The notes beneath the pieces were generated by a model that was not told where the DNA came from, did no database searches, and was given only the letters and a program-made list of their open reading frames with translations. From assembly GCF_000175255.2 (NCBI RefSeq), contig NC_017262.1:1980001-2012000 (forward strand): a stretch of DNA of 32,000 bases, given 5' to 3'. The position numbers were made by a program, and so were the translations under genes. The DNA comes from Zymomonas mobilis subsp. mobilis ATCC 10988 (GTDB taxonomy: Bacteria; Pseudomonadota; Alphaproteobacteria; Sphingomonadales; Sphingomonadaceae). Below, in pieces: positions 1 to 9,068 of the stretch. The stretch's first letter is position 1. Every line of letters starts with the position of its first letter.

Positions 1-425
1 ATCCTTTCCACCGCCATGCCGCTATGCATGCGGGCGTTGATTTGGCCGCTCCTTACGGTACCCCCGTTTATGCCAGTGCTGATGGCGTTGTTGATCGGGC
101 AGGGGGCGCTTCTGGTTATGGTAATCTGGTGGAAATCGACCACGGTCATATGATCCAGACCCGTTATGGCCATTTATCCCGTATTATGGTTCACGAAGGC
201 CAAGCGATCAAACGCGGCGATCTTATCGCTTTAATGGGGTCAACGGGACGTTCCACGGGTAGCCATTTACATTACGAAGTCCGTATTCAGGGCGAAGCTG
301 TTAATCCGGTGCCTTTTCTGGCTGTTGATTCCTATCATATGGCTATGCTGGATAATGTCTCTGCCGGTGCGCAGGGTGGACCTGAAAAAGACGTCAAGGA
401 TGTCAAAGTCCATCATCATAAATAA
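1..425 (+). CDS. M23 family (LytM/lysostaphin-like) peptidase, C-terminal part; gene begins upstream of the window
   Basis: The reading frame is open from base 3. Protein ...PFHRHAAMHAGVDLAAPYGTPVYASADGVV...GYGNLVEIDHGH...TRYGHL...G..IALMGSTGRSTGSHLHYEVR matches M23 motifs (HxGxD, HxH). Confidence 0.92.
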   Translation, partial: PFHRHAAMHAGVDLAAPYGTPVYASADGVVDRAGGASGYGNLVEIDHGHMIQTRYGHLSRIMVHEGQAIKRGDLIALMGSTGRSTGSHLHYEVRIQGEAVNPVPFLAVDSYHMAMLDNVSAGAQGGPEKDVKDVKVHHHK

Positions 426-472
426 TCGAAAATGGATATCGCTAAGATCGAAAATCACTTTCAATAGCCTTG

Positions 473-495
473 TCATGACAGCTTGTCTGTCATGA
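473..495. other. 9-bp inverted repeat (TCATGACAG / CTGTCATGA, 5-nt loop)
   Basis: Perfect arms at 473-481 and 487-495 between the peptidase stop and the erpA start. There is no good T-tract. Confidence 0.5.
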
Positions 496-516
496 TTTCC
501 GGCTTATTTTAAAGAA

Positions 517-864
517 ATGACAAACAACCCAACCGACAAAGCAGCGATTATTTTCAGCCCAGAAGCCGCAGAACGCGTTGCGGAAATCGCTCATCAGCAA
601 AAAAAGCCCGCCATATTACGCTTATCCGTAGAAGGCGGAGGATGCTCCGGTTTCCGTTATCAGTATAATTTGGCTGATAAACCAGAAGCTGATGATTATC
701 AGGCACCGCAAGGTGACTCTCTGCTTATCGTCGATCCTGTCAGCTTTGATCTTTTGGCAGGTGCCACCGTCAATTTTGTAAAATCTATCAATGGTGCAGC
801 TTTTCAAATCGACAATCCTAATGCCGTTTCCGGTTGTGGTTGTGGCTCCAGTTTTTCGATCTAA
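517..864 (+). CDS. erpA: Iron-sulfur cluster insertion protein ErpA (HesB/IscA family)
   Basis: 115 aa with conserved C...CGCG: SVEGGGCSGFRYQYNL ... NAVSGCGCGSSFSI. Confidence 0.92.
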   Translation: MTNNPTDKAAIIFSPEAAERVAEIAHQQKKPAILRLSVEGGGCSGFRYQYNLADKPEADDYQAPQGDSLLIVDPVSFDLLAGATVNFVKSINGAAFQIDNPNAVSGCGCGSSFSI

Positions 865-1649
865 TGCGCAAGATTGCTAGCTTTAATGTAAACGGTATCA
901 ATGCTCGTTTACCCCGATTGATAGAATGGCTTGAAAAATTTCAGCCCGATATTCTCTGTCTGCAAGAATTAAAATCGGATGATGCCCGTTTTCCTCAAGA
1001 AGAAATTGAAAAAACGGGATATTACTGCCTGTATCACGGACAAAAAGCCTATAATGGCGTCGCTATTCTTTCAAAAGAACAGCCTAAACTTATCAGAACA
1101 AGCCTTCCTGACGATCCTGACCCGACACAATCACGCTATATTGAGGCCGCGATTGATAATTTAACGGTCTCCAGTCTTTATCTTCCGAATGGCAACCCAC
1201 TCAACAGCTCCAAATATGACTATAAATTGGCATGGTTCAAAGCCTTTTTGGCACATGCCCGTTCTTTATGGCAGCAAGAAAAATCGGTTATTCTTGCTGG
1301 CGATTATAATGTCGTGCCGTCTTTCGATATAAAAGATATTCGGAATGCTGCCGCGCTTGCCGATAATGCGCTGTTAGCCCCCGACAGCCTTTTTTATTGG
1401 CGGCAATTATTGGCCATGGGATGGACAGATAGCTTGCGTGTCCGCCACCCATCTGAACCTCTTTACAGTTTTTGGGATTATCAGGCACAAAGCTGGCCGC
1501 GCGATGACGGTATGCGGATCGACCATATTTTGCTTACGCCTGATTTGGCCGATGGCTTGACCGATTCTGGTGTCGATCGCCAGATGCGAGGGCAAGAAAA
1601 GGCCAGCGACCACGCCCCCGTCTGGATAGAAATTGACGATAAAAAATAA
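864..1649 (+). CDS. xthA: Exodeoxyribonuclease III
   Basis: MRKIASFNVNGINARLPRLIEWLEKFQPDILCLQELKS ... AGDYNVVPSFDIKD ... RIDHILLTPDLAD ... KASDHAPVWIEI. The start is taken at the TAATG overlap with the erpA stop. The longer ORF from 834 lies inside erpA. Confidence 0.93.
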   Translation: MRKIASFNVNGINARLPRLIEWLEKFQPDILCLQELKSDDARFPQEEIEKTGYYCLYHGQKAYNGVAILSKEQPKLIRTSLPDDPDPTQSRYIEAAIDNLTVSSLYLPNGNPLNSSKYDYKLAWFKAFLAHARSLWQQEKSVILAGDYNVVPSFDIKDIRNAAALADNALLAPDSLFYWRQLLAMGWTDSLRVRHPSEPLYSFWDYQAQSWPRDDGMRIDHILLTPDLADGLTDSGVDRQMRGQEKASDHAPVWIEIDDKK

Positions 1650-1676
1650 TCGTCGAGAAATTACTGTTTTCTAGGA

Positions 1677-1724
1677 AAATCTTTCTTATCCCCTGACAAT
1701 CGGTCGGGTGGATAAGAAAGATTT
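1677..1724. terminator. Bidirectional hairpin between convergent genes
   Basis: Perfect 15-bp arms AAATCTTTCTTATCC (1677-1691) / GGATAAGAAAGATTT (1710-1724), with an inner CCTGAC/GTCGGG extension and an AATCG loop. Confidence 0.8.
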
Positions 1725-1727
1725 GTT

Positions 1728-2885
1728 TTAAATACTTTTGCTATAAATACGGTAAATGCGGTTCACTTCACTTTTAATCGCCGTTGCAATCGACCGCATT
1801 CCCTGATTATTATCCAAAATCCAGCCAATTTCGCCTCTGGTCGCGCCAAAGTCTTTTACTGAATTACGCCGGATATATTCAATCATCATAAAGGCCATCT
1901 GCCCAGCCAAACGCGAGGCTTGAAATTTTTTTCTGACCCCCATCAAAGGCACGCGCATCGTTCTTACTTTAGGATGTCGGAGCCACCACAACATTTTAAC
2001 AAAGTTGAAGGGGAACAGCTTACCTTTAAACTCAGCCAGTTTTTCATTCACATCTGGCAAAGTCATCATAAAGGCTGCGGGTTCGCCGTCAATTTCAGCA
2101 ATCATCACCAATTCGTTATAAACGATAGGCTCAAGATTATGACGGGCATGTTCGATTTCATGATCGGTTAACGGAATATAACCCCAGTTTTTTGACCAAG
2201 CATCGTTCAAAATATCCATCAGGATTTTGGCTTCACTAATGAAGTCTTTTTTCTGCGCCTGCCGGATTCGGATACGGGGATTTTTCTCGCCTGACGCCAC
2301 AATTTTCTGAATAATTTCAGGGAAAGGCTTGGTAATATCTAGCTCATAGGTAAACAGGTCTTTGATGCCCTGATAACCGTAGGATTCAATCCATCCGCGA
2401 TATTCGGGACGCTGATGTCCCATCATAATAGTCGGGGCATGGTCATGGCCTTTGATAAGCAAACCCGGCTCTTCCCATATCGAAAGGCTGATGGGGCCAA
2501 TCAGTTTTTTATTGCCGCGTTTTTCGTGCCATTCCTCGACCGTTTTCAGCAAGGCATAGGCAACCTCTTCATCAGCCGCTTCAAACATGCCCCACATACC
2601 GACATCTTTGCCACCCCCTTGCTCGGGCGGGGATTCTTGCACCAATCGGTCAATCTGTGCTGATATCCTGCCCACCGGCTCGCCATCTCTTTCAGCTAGA
2701 AAATATTCTGCCGTGGCATGTTCAAACCACGGATTTTTCTGACTGTTCAACTGCTCTCTTAATTCGCTACGCAAAGGCGCAATCCAGTTTGGATTGTCTT
2801 TATTCAGCTTATAAGCAACTTCAATAAAGCGGTTCAGGTCACGGTTTTGCTTCGTGCCAATAGGATAGATTTTCAGATCAGCCAT
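1728..2885 (-). CDS. GNAT-fold acyltransferase-like protein (conserved, about 385 aa)
   Basis: Long ORF with N-(I/W)IAPLRSEL, EYFLAERDGEPVGRISAQID, GPISLSIWEEPGLLIKG and a second GNAT-like half ending GEIGWILDNNQGMRSIA. Confidence 0.75.
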   Translation of the reverse strand: MADLKIYPIGTKQNRDLNRFIEVAYKLNKDNPNWIAPLRSELREQLNSQKNPWFEHATAEYFLAERDGEPVGRISAQIDRLVQESPPEQGGGKDVGMWGMFEAADEEVAYALLKTVEEWHEKRGNKKLIGPISLSIWEEPGLLIKGHDHAPTIMMGHQRPEYRGWIESYGYQGIKDLFTYELDITKPFPEIIQKIVASGEKNPRIRIRQAQKKDFISEAKILMDILNDAWSKNWGYIPLTDHEIEHARHNLEPIVYNELVMIAEIDGEPAAFMMTLPDVNEKLAEFKGKLFPFNFVKMLWWLRHPKVRTMRVPLMGVRKKFQASRLAGQMAFMMIEYIRRNSVKDFGATRGEIGWILDNNQGMRSIATAIKSEVNRIYRIYSKSI

Positions 2886-3020
2886 AAGGATATATCAGGC
2901 CTCTTCATTTTCAAAAGACGCTTTGAGGCGCAAGGCTTGACCTTGGCACAAGCGGTAGAAAGACAATCGGAAACGGAATACTACCCCTCGATAGCATCCT
3001 GACACAGAAATGATGCGAAA

Positions 3021-3842
3021 TCAGCGGATATCCTGTATTTTATCCACTTCTTCAAAAGAGCTTTTATAGCGGTCTTTTTCTTTTGGGCTACATAAAACTT
3101 CACCGCCAGAATGTTCGGCAACCCACGGATATTTCTTGGCAATTTCTGGCGTATAGCCCAAATTAAAGACCGTCGAGCTTTTGTTCGGACGCTCACGGCG
3201 AACGTAATATGTCCCGAGTAATTTATCCCAAAAGAAATTGGTAATACCGAAATTACCATCTTCATCATGGAAATGATGTTCCAGATGACGTTTCTTCATC
3301 AAAGCCAGCCTTTTGTTCTTGGGTTTATACCCCAAACGCTGGATGCAATGACAGAATTCATAGAAACAGGTGCTTAACAAACCAACGGCATAACCGATAC
3401 AGGCACCTCCGAAACCCCCTATAAGATAGCCGGGGAGGGCAGTTGCCAAAGCAACCGAAGGCAGTGTCGTATAAAGCGCCCCGAATAAAACCTCTAAATG
3501 GTCGGGATCAAGATGGTGGTCATAGTGAATCCGTTTCCATAGTCCCGACAGGAAAGGGACTTTAAACATCCAATGACCATGCATAATCCAGCGATGGGTG
3601 ACATACCAAACCAATGGAAAACCCAAAATAGCGACAGCGATTGAGGCGATAGTCGGTAAAAGAGGCGCAGGCTTCCAAATATAAAGGCCGATCATAACAG
3701 CGGCCAATGTCAGATAGGTCAAAATCGTATAATATTGGAAATAGACGACAACCAACTCTTTCAATGTCATCCGTCCAAGATAATGCGACTTTTTCCAGAA
3801 TCGGGAAGCTGTTTTTAATGTCTTGGCATCAGTTGTGTTCAT
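3021..3842 (-). CDS. Fatty acid hydroxylase / sterol desaturase superfamily membrane protein
   Basis: Histidine clusters HRWIMHGH, HYDHH and RHLEHHFHDEDGNFGITNFFWDKLLGTYY, plus hydrophobic segments. The start at 3842 has GAGGAT upstream; the ORF can extend to 3872. Confidence 0.85.
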   Translation of the reverse strand: MNTTDAKTLKTASRFWKKSHYLGRMTLKELVVVYFQYYTILTYLTLAAVMIGLYIWKPAPLLPTIASIAVAILGFPLVWYVTHRWIMHGHWMFKVPFLSGLWKRIHYDHHLDPDHLEVLFGALYTTLPSVALATALPGYLIGGFGGACIGYAVGLLSTCFYEFCHCIQRLGYKPKNKRLALMKKRHLEHHFHDEDGNFGITNFFWDKLLGTYYVRRERPNKSSTVFNLGYTPEIAKKYPWVAEHSGGEVLCSPKEKDRYKSSFEEVDKIQDIR

Positions 3843-3996
3843 CGTCATAATCCTCGCAGATCCGAAAGACACCCGTCAAATCGGGTCACAATCGGAACCG
3901 AAGTTCAGAAGGTTGTTGCTTTTATTAAGGCGCAATAAGGCCTTTTTGAGGCAAATTTAAACAATAAAAACCCGAAAGTTTCCAAAAGGCATTATT

Positions 3997-4245
3997 ATGA
4001 AAATCAACCGTTGCATGTCTGCACTTTCAAAAACGGTTCTTTTAAACACAGCCATAATTGGCCTTGTGCTTGGGAATATGGCCGTTTCCGGTTGCAAAGA
4101 CAAAACGCGCGATCTTCAAAATGCGACTCTCCATCCCGATACCGATATCGCTTTGGGAACAATCAATGACGAAATGGCCAGCGAGAGCATTTTTGAAGAG
4201 GAAAGCGATAACAGCATACAAGCCACCAGCTTACCTGCAAATTAA
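3997..4245 (+). CDS. Small predicted lipoprotein, function unknown
   Basis: 82 aa with a basic N-terminus, a hydrophobic stretch and the lipobox-like sequence AVSGC: MKINRCMSALSKTVLLNTAIIGLVLGNMAVSGCKDK. Confidence 0.55.
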   Translation: MKINRCMSALSKTVLLNTAIIGLVLGNMAVSGCKDKTRDLQNATLHPDTDIALGTINDEMASESIFEEESDNSIQATSLPAN

Positions 4246-4574
4246 AGACGGTAATTAGCTTGATGATGGATGTTTTTTGGGGTGATGAAAGCAATAAATT
4301 TTCTTAAAAATAGCTGGCAAGGCGGGGATATTTTCGTCTCCGGTTACTTTCAGCTTTTTTGTTCCGAAAAAGAAAAAATTGAATAGCCAAACACGCTAAA
4401 ATATGTTCTTTCCTGTCCAGATGGTTTATAAATCGGACAGCGTTTTAAAAGCTGTCATAAATCACTTATTAAGCCAGACTGTATAAGCAGCCTTTATCTA
4501 TTCCGACCTTCCTTCTTTCCTATCAAGATGTTTCAGGTCGGCTAGCACGTTATTACATCGGGAGAGCGTATATT

Positions 4575-5249
4575 ATGGTCATTTCTTTCGGTCGTCGGAT
4601 AGCCTCTTTTCTGACGGCAGGGTTTATTTCAGCCGGATTGCTGGCCTCTGCACCGGCCTCTGCAAATACTGGATACCTGTTTTGGTCTCCGCATGATTTT
4701 TCCGGTAAACCGGTCAAAGACAATGATCCTTCGGTCGTTCTTCCCCTTGTTAATGCTACACCGGCAGAACAACGCGCCAATCTGGTCTGGACATTGCGGT
4801 CAGGGTTGAATGTCGCCGCTTTGCAATGCCAATTTGCCCCTATTCTCGAAACCGCGCATGTGTATAACCAGCTTTTGGCAACGCATAAACGGGAATTGGC
4901 CTCTGCTTATACGGCTTTGGGTGGCTATTTCCGGCGGACAGGTGGCCGTTTTGGTCAGGTCAAATTTGACCAGCATTCGACCCAGACCTACAACCGTTTT
5001 TCAACTATGCAGGCACAGTTGGGCTTCTGCGATACGGCCGCTTCTATCGCTCACGAAGCGATGATTCATCCGAAAGGCAGCCTGTTCACTCTGGCTGAAA
5101 AACGGATGCAGGAATTTAAAAACAGCCTCGTTCCGGTAAAAGACATTCTTGCACCGACCGTAAAACTGACTTCCGAGCCGCCTTTACCGCCTTTCAATAA
5201 TGAATGTTGGGATAAAGATCGCCTCAGCCGTAAATGTCAGGCTGGCTGA
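4575..5249 (+). CDS. Exported conserved hypothetical protein
   Basis: 224 aa with a clear signal peptide (MVISFGRRIASFLTAGFISAGLLASAPASANTG). GGGAGAG lies upstream of the start. Confidence 0.75.
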   Translation: MVISFGRRIASFLTAGFISAGLLASAPASANTGYLFWSPHDFSGKPVKDNDPSVVLPLVNATPAEQRANLVWTLRSGLNVAALQCQFAPILETAHVYNQLLATHKRELASAYTALGGYFRRTGGRFGQVKFDQHSTQTYNRFSTMQAQLGFCDTAASIAHEAMIHPKGSLFTLAEKRMQEFKNSLVPVKDILAPTVKLTSEPPLPPFNNECWDKDRLSRKCQAG

Positions 5250-6097
5250 AAGTGAAAGACAGGCCGGCCATTCTCCCCTTAGGAGAGTGGCCACCTAAAA
5301 GGCCGGTTTTATTAACGGTTCCTCATGCAGGCCGTTTCTACCCCGAAGATTTGCTTGAAAAATTACGCTGTGAGCCGGAAAAACTGATTATCTTTGAAGA
5401 CCGCTTTGCCGATCTTCTCGTAGATAACGCGGTTTCTGCCGGTTTTTCAGCCTTGGTCGCCTGTTCACCCCGTGCTTTAATAGATTTAAACAGGCATCAT
5501 CTGGAAATTGATCCGATGATGATTGATCCCCCTTTGCCTTTGGATAGCGTTATTTTAACGTCCCGCTCGCGTAACGGCTTGGGGTTATTCCCGAATTATC
5601 TTGCTGGCTTTGGCGGGCTATATCATCATCTTTTACCTTATCAGGAAGCCCGCCATCGCATCGAAAATTATCATGCTCCGTGGCATGGCCATATCGCTGA
5701 TATTTTAGGCAATATAAAATCCCGTTATGGTTCCGCAATCTTGCTCGATATTCATTCCATGCCGCCTTTGATACCGGATGAGAAGGGAGAAGCCGCTGAT
5801 ATCGTCATTGGGACGGCCTATGGACACAGCGCCTCTTCGGAAATAACCGCTGTCATTGCTGAAATAGTCGAAAAACATGGCCTGAAACCGGCTTTTAACA
5901 AGCCTTATGCAGGGGGCTATACCGTGGACAGACATGGAAAACCGTCTTCCTCGCGCCATGCCTTACAAATAGAAATCGACCGCGCCCTTTATCTGGACGA
6001 GGATTTATATCATCCTTCGGCTTCGCTTCCGGCTATTCGGCAGCTTGTCCATGATATAGCCGAAGGCGTTGCCCAATATATCGAATTATCTCGCTAA
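5234..6097 (+). CDS. N-formylglutamate amidohydrolase family protein
   Basis: VLLTVPHAGRFYP ... ALVACSPRALIDLNRHHLEID ... HAPWHGHIADIL ... LLDIHSMPP ... NKPYAGGYTVDRHG. It overlaps the upstream gene by 16 bp. Confidence 0.85.
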   Translation: MSGWLKVKDRPAILPLGEWPPKRPVLLTVPHAGRFYPEDLLEKLRCEPEKLIIFEDRFADLLVDNAVSAGFSALVACSPRALIDLNRHHLEIDPMMIDPPLPLDSVILTSRSRNGLGLFPNYLAGFGGLYHHLLPYQEARHRIENYHAPWHGHIADILGNIKSRYGSAILLDIHSMPPLIPDEKGEAADIVIGTAYGHSASSEITAVIAEIVEKHGLKPAFNKPYAGGYTVDRHGKPSSSRHALQIEIDRALYLDEDLYHPSASLPAIRQLVHDIAEGVAQYIELSR

Positions 6098-6098
6098 A

Positions 6099-7193
6099 TT
6101 ATTCTTCTGTCCTGATAAGAACGGCTTCCCCGATTAAAAGGAATAAGATGAAAGGCGAGCATGATGCCAATAAAGGCGGATAGGTTCCTAAATTCCCCAT
6201 AGTGAGGGCGAAGTTATCCGCGACAAAATAAGCAAAACCCAACGACATTCCGATAACGATACGGACAAAAAGCCGACCTGAACGCGCTAATCCAAAACCA
6301 GCAACAGAACCCAGAATAGGCATTAAAATAGCGGCAAAGGCGCCCGTAAAGCGATGGATAAGACTGGCTTTCAATTCGTCGGTTGGCCTTCCGGCAGCAT
6401 CCAAAGCCTTGATAGCACGATATAACGGCACAACTTCCATTTCATCGGCTTTAACATCGGCAAGGGTAAAGCGTTCTGGCGGTAAATCTGTATTGATATC
6501 CAAAACAGGTTTTTCCGTGACGGTATCAGCCGCGACATCAAAAGATTTTACTTTATTCAGATGCCAACCATGCCCTGTCCACTGTCCCGTATCGGCAGAC
6601 AAAATACTGACCAGCGTTTTTTGGGAGCGATTATAAACGGTAATACCGGATAAACGGACATTATCGCCATAGCCTTGGACATTATCGACATGGATAAGAT
6701 GGTCGCCATCGCGAAGCCAAATATTCACCCCGCTGGTAGCGGCTGGGGGCGGTTGGCCATAATCAACAGCCTGCCAAGCATCCAGCTTTGCCGTCGCGCG
6801 GGTGACAAGACGGTCATTAAAGACGAAACTGACGCATCCAATCAGAAAACAACTGGCAATCAGCGGCATCAAAATTTGATGTGCCGAGATACCCGCCGCC
6901 TTCATGGAGATGATTTCACTATTCTGGTTCAGGGTGCTTAACGTAATCAACACGCCCAACAGAACCGCAAAAGGTAAAAACCGCGCGATCAATTGGGGGG
7001 TTCTTAGCAAGACATAGTGAAATAATTCAGCCTGACCATTCCCTTTAACCGCCAAAATACGCGCGGATTCCCCCAACATATCAAGGGTTTGGAGAATAAA
7101 GATAAGGGCTGCCAAAACCGCAAAACATCTGACAACAAATAGCTTCGACAGATAAAAGGCAATCTGGCGTGATGCGAAAAGCCTTTTTATCAT
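6099..7193 (-). CDS. lptG: LPS export ABC transporter permease LptG
   Basis: YjgP/YjgQ-type protein: LLRTPQLIARFLPFAVLLGVLITLSTLNQNSEIISMKAAGIS. It is paired with LptF through a 4-bp overlap. Confidence 0.9.
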   Translation of the reverse strand: MIKRLFASRQIAFYLSKLFVVRCFAVLAALIFILQTLDMLGESARILAVKGNGQAELFHYVLLRTPQLIARFLPFAVLLGVLITLSTLNQNSEIISMKAAGISAHQILMPLIASCFLIGCVSFVFNDRLVTRATAKLDAWQAVDYGQPPPAATSGVNIWLRDGDHLIHVDNVQGYGDNVRLSGITVYNRSQKTLVSILSADTGQWTGHGWHLNKVKSFDVAADTVTEKPVLDINTDLPPERFTLADVKADEMEVVPLYRAIKALDAAGRPTDELKASLIHRFTGAFAAILMPILGSVAGFGLARSGRLFVRIVIGMSLGFAYFVADNFALTMGNLGTYPPLLASCSPFILFLLIGEAVLIRTEE

Positions 7194-8446
7194 GCCTTAA
7201 CCCCTCCTGATGAAAATCTTTTGAAAAACTGAACAATCCGCGACGAAATACGGGCAAAAAACCATTCCAGCGCACCGATAGGCTGACCACCTGGAATATA
7301 CGCCAAGGTATAATACATTCGCCAAACCAACAGGCTGAATAAAATAAAAGGCAGCCACATCATAAGAACCGGATTGATCTTCCCCAATCCTCCGATAGTC
7401 TGACAATATTGGTTCAGCTTATGATCGGTCACCAGAATAAGGATCGATAAAAACACCCCTAAAGAGGATGTCGAACGCTTGGGCGGTATCGCCAAAGTCA
7501 AAGCCAACATTGGTAACAGGAACATCGTCGCCACTTCAACCAGACGGAAATGGAGATTAGCCTGTAGCTGATTGCGGAGTTTTTTCGGTAAATGCTTTTG
7601 ATGAAGAATAAAAAATAATTCAGTCAGGGTCATTTCCTGCTGATTACCATCGCGACCACGAAAACTCTCAACTGCCGGTAATTTGATCGGCATATCGTGG
7701 TTTTCAAAGGTCAATACACGTGGGGTCGTAAAATCAGGGCGGTTATGAATAAGCAAACCATGATTGAGGCGCAAAAGAATGACATTGGGATCATCAGACG
7801 GCATGAAACGTCCGTTATCGGCAGTAACCGTCAGCTTTTGACCATTCTCAGGATTTTCGCTGGTTCCAAAAATACCAGAAAGATTTCGGCCGCTATCTTG
7901 GCTCCCTTCAACTCTCAAAGTCATATGGGTGCCTAATTTGGTAAATTCACCGACTTTAATCGCGGCCCCCAACGCGCCCGACCGCAATTCATAGCGCAAA
8001 TCTTCATAGGCATAATGGGAATAGGGTTCAATATAGCCCACAATCGCAAGGTTAACCAACGCAAAGAAGAAGGCAAAAATATAGGGAATCCGTAATAACC
8101 GACTATAACTTATCCCGACCGCCCGAAACACATCCAGCTCTGACTGCAAGGCCAATTTGCGAAACGCCAATAAAATACCCAATGTCAAACCAATCGGAAT
8201 GCCCAAGGACATATATTCCGGTAACATATTCGCCAGCATCCGCCAGACAACACTGACGGGGCCTCCTTGATTGGCGACGAAGTCAAAAAGCTTTAACATC
8301 TTGTCCAGCACCATTAACATGGCCGACACAATCAGGGTTGTGACCAAAGGAACAGTGATAAGACGGATCAGATAACGATCAATAGCATTAAAAATTCTCA
8401 AGCTTTCTGCGCTCCTCACCATTTTATGGCCGCAATCACCATTCAA
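7190..8446 (-). CDS. lptF: LPS export ABC transporter permease LptF
   Basis: YjgP/YjgQ family: IDRYLIRLITVPLVTTLIVSAMLMVLDKMLKLFDF ... YMSLGIPIGLTLGILLAFRKLALQSELDVFRAVGISYSRLL. The likely true start is an internal Met (about 8422). Confidence 0.9.
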   Translation of the reverse strand: MNGDCGHKMVRSAESLRIFNAIDRYLIRLITVPLVTTLIVSAMLMVLDKMLKLFDFVANQGGPVSVVWRMLANMLPEYMSLGIPIGLTLGILLAFRKLALQSELDVFRAVGISYSRLLRIPYIFAFFFALVNLAIVGYIEPYSHYAYEDLRYELRSGALGAAIKVGEFTKLGTHMTLRVEGSQDSGRNLSGIFGTSENPENGQKLTVTADNGRFMPSDDPNVILLRLNHGLLIHNRPDFTTPRVLTFENHDMPIKLPAVESFRGRDGNQQEMTLTELFFILHQKHLPKKLRNQLQANLHFRLVEVATMFLLPMLALTLAIPPKRSTSSLGVFLSILILVTDHKLNQYCQTIGGLGKINPVLMMWLPFILFSLLVWRMYYTLAYIPGGQPIGALEWFFARISSRIVQFFKRFSSGGVKA

Positions 8447-8528
8447 AAGTAACCATCCACGGAGACGCCGAATCTTTATGACCGTGCGTCGTTATTTTCG
8501 GGCTATAGCTTTGCGGAGTAAATAGGTC

Positions 8529-9068
8529 ATGCTGAAATTGACAGCCTTTATCGCATCCATTCCTTTGATAATAGGCGTAAATGCGGCCAATGCCGCTATT
8601 TTAGGGGCAGATGCCGCCGCCTGCCAAAAGGGCGGACAAAAACCCGCTATTCTGGTGCATGTCGAAGGCCTGAAAAACCGTAGCGGCACCTTGCGGGTGC
8701 AAGCCTATGATGCCGATCAAAAGGTCTATTTTGAAAAGGGAAAATACCTCACGCGGGTAGAAACCCCGCTTCCCCAAGAAGGTAATATTGATGTCTGCCT
8801 GACTGTGCCAAAAGCAGGCGATTACACGGTTTTGGTGCGCCATAAAAATGGTGATACCGACCGCGAAGATGGCGGCGGCTTTTCCGGTAATCCTTCAATG
8901 TCGTTAATGGATGTTGCGTTAAAGCATAAACCCCCTCTAAAAGCCTCGACTATTACCGTTGGCAATGGCGTCTTAGATATTAAAATTATTATGAAATATA
9001 TTCAGGGATTAAGTTTTAAACCAATTGCGTCTCTTGACGATAAGAAGAACAGCGAGGGTACGCGATGA
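8529..9068 (+). CDS. DUF2141-like exported protein
   Basis: Signal peptide, then ILVHVEGLKNRSGTLRVQAYDADQ ... VCLTVPKAGDYTVLVRHKNGDTDREDGGGFSGNPSMS. Confidence 0.7.
   Translation: MLKLTAFIASIPLIIGVNAANAAILGADAAACQKGGQKPAILVHVEGLKNRSGTLRVQAYDADQKVYFEKGKYLTRVETPLPQEGNIDVCLTVPKAGDYTVLVRHKNGDTDREDGGGFSGNPSMSLMDVALKHKPPLKASTITVGNGVLDIKIIMKYIQGLSFKPIASLDDKKNSEGTR

Noticed and set aside
2936-2970. GCCTC...GAGGC inverted repeat near 2916-2945 between the GNAT-like and hydroxylase genes
   Set aside because: 5-bp arms with a long loop and no T-tract; expected by chance.
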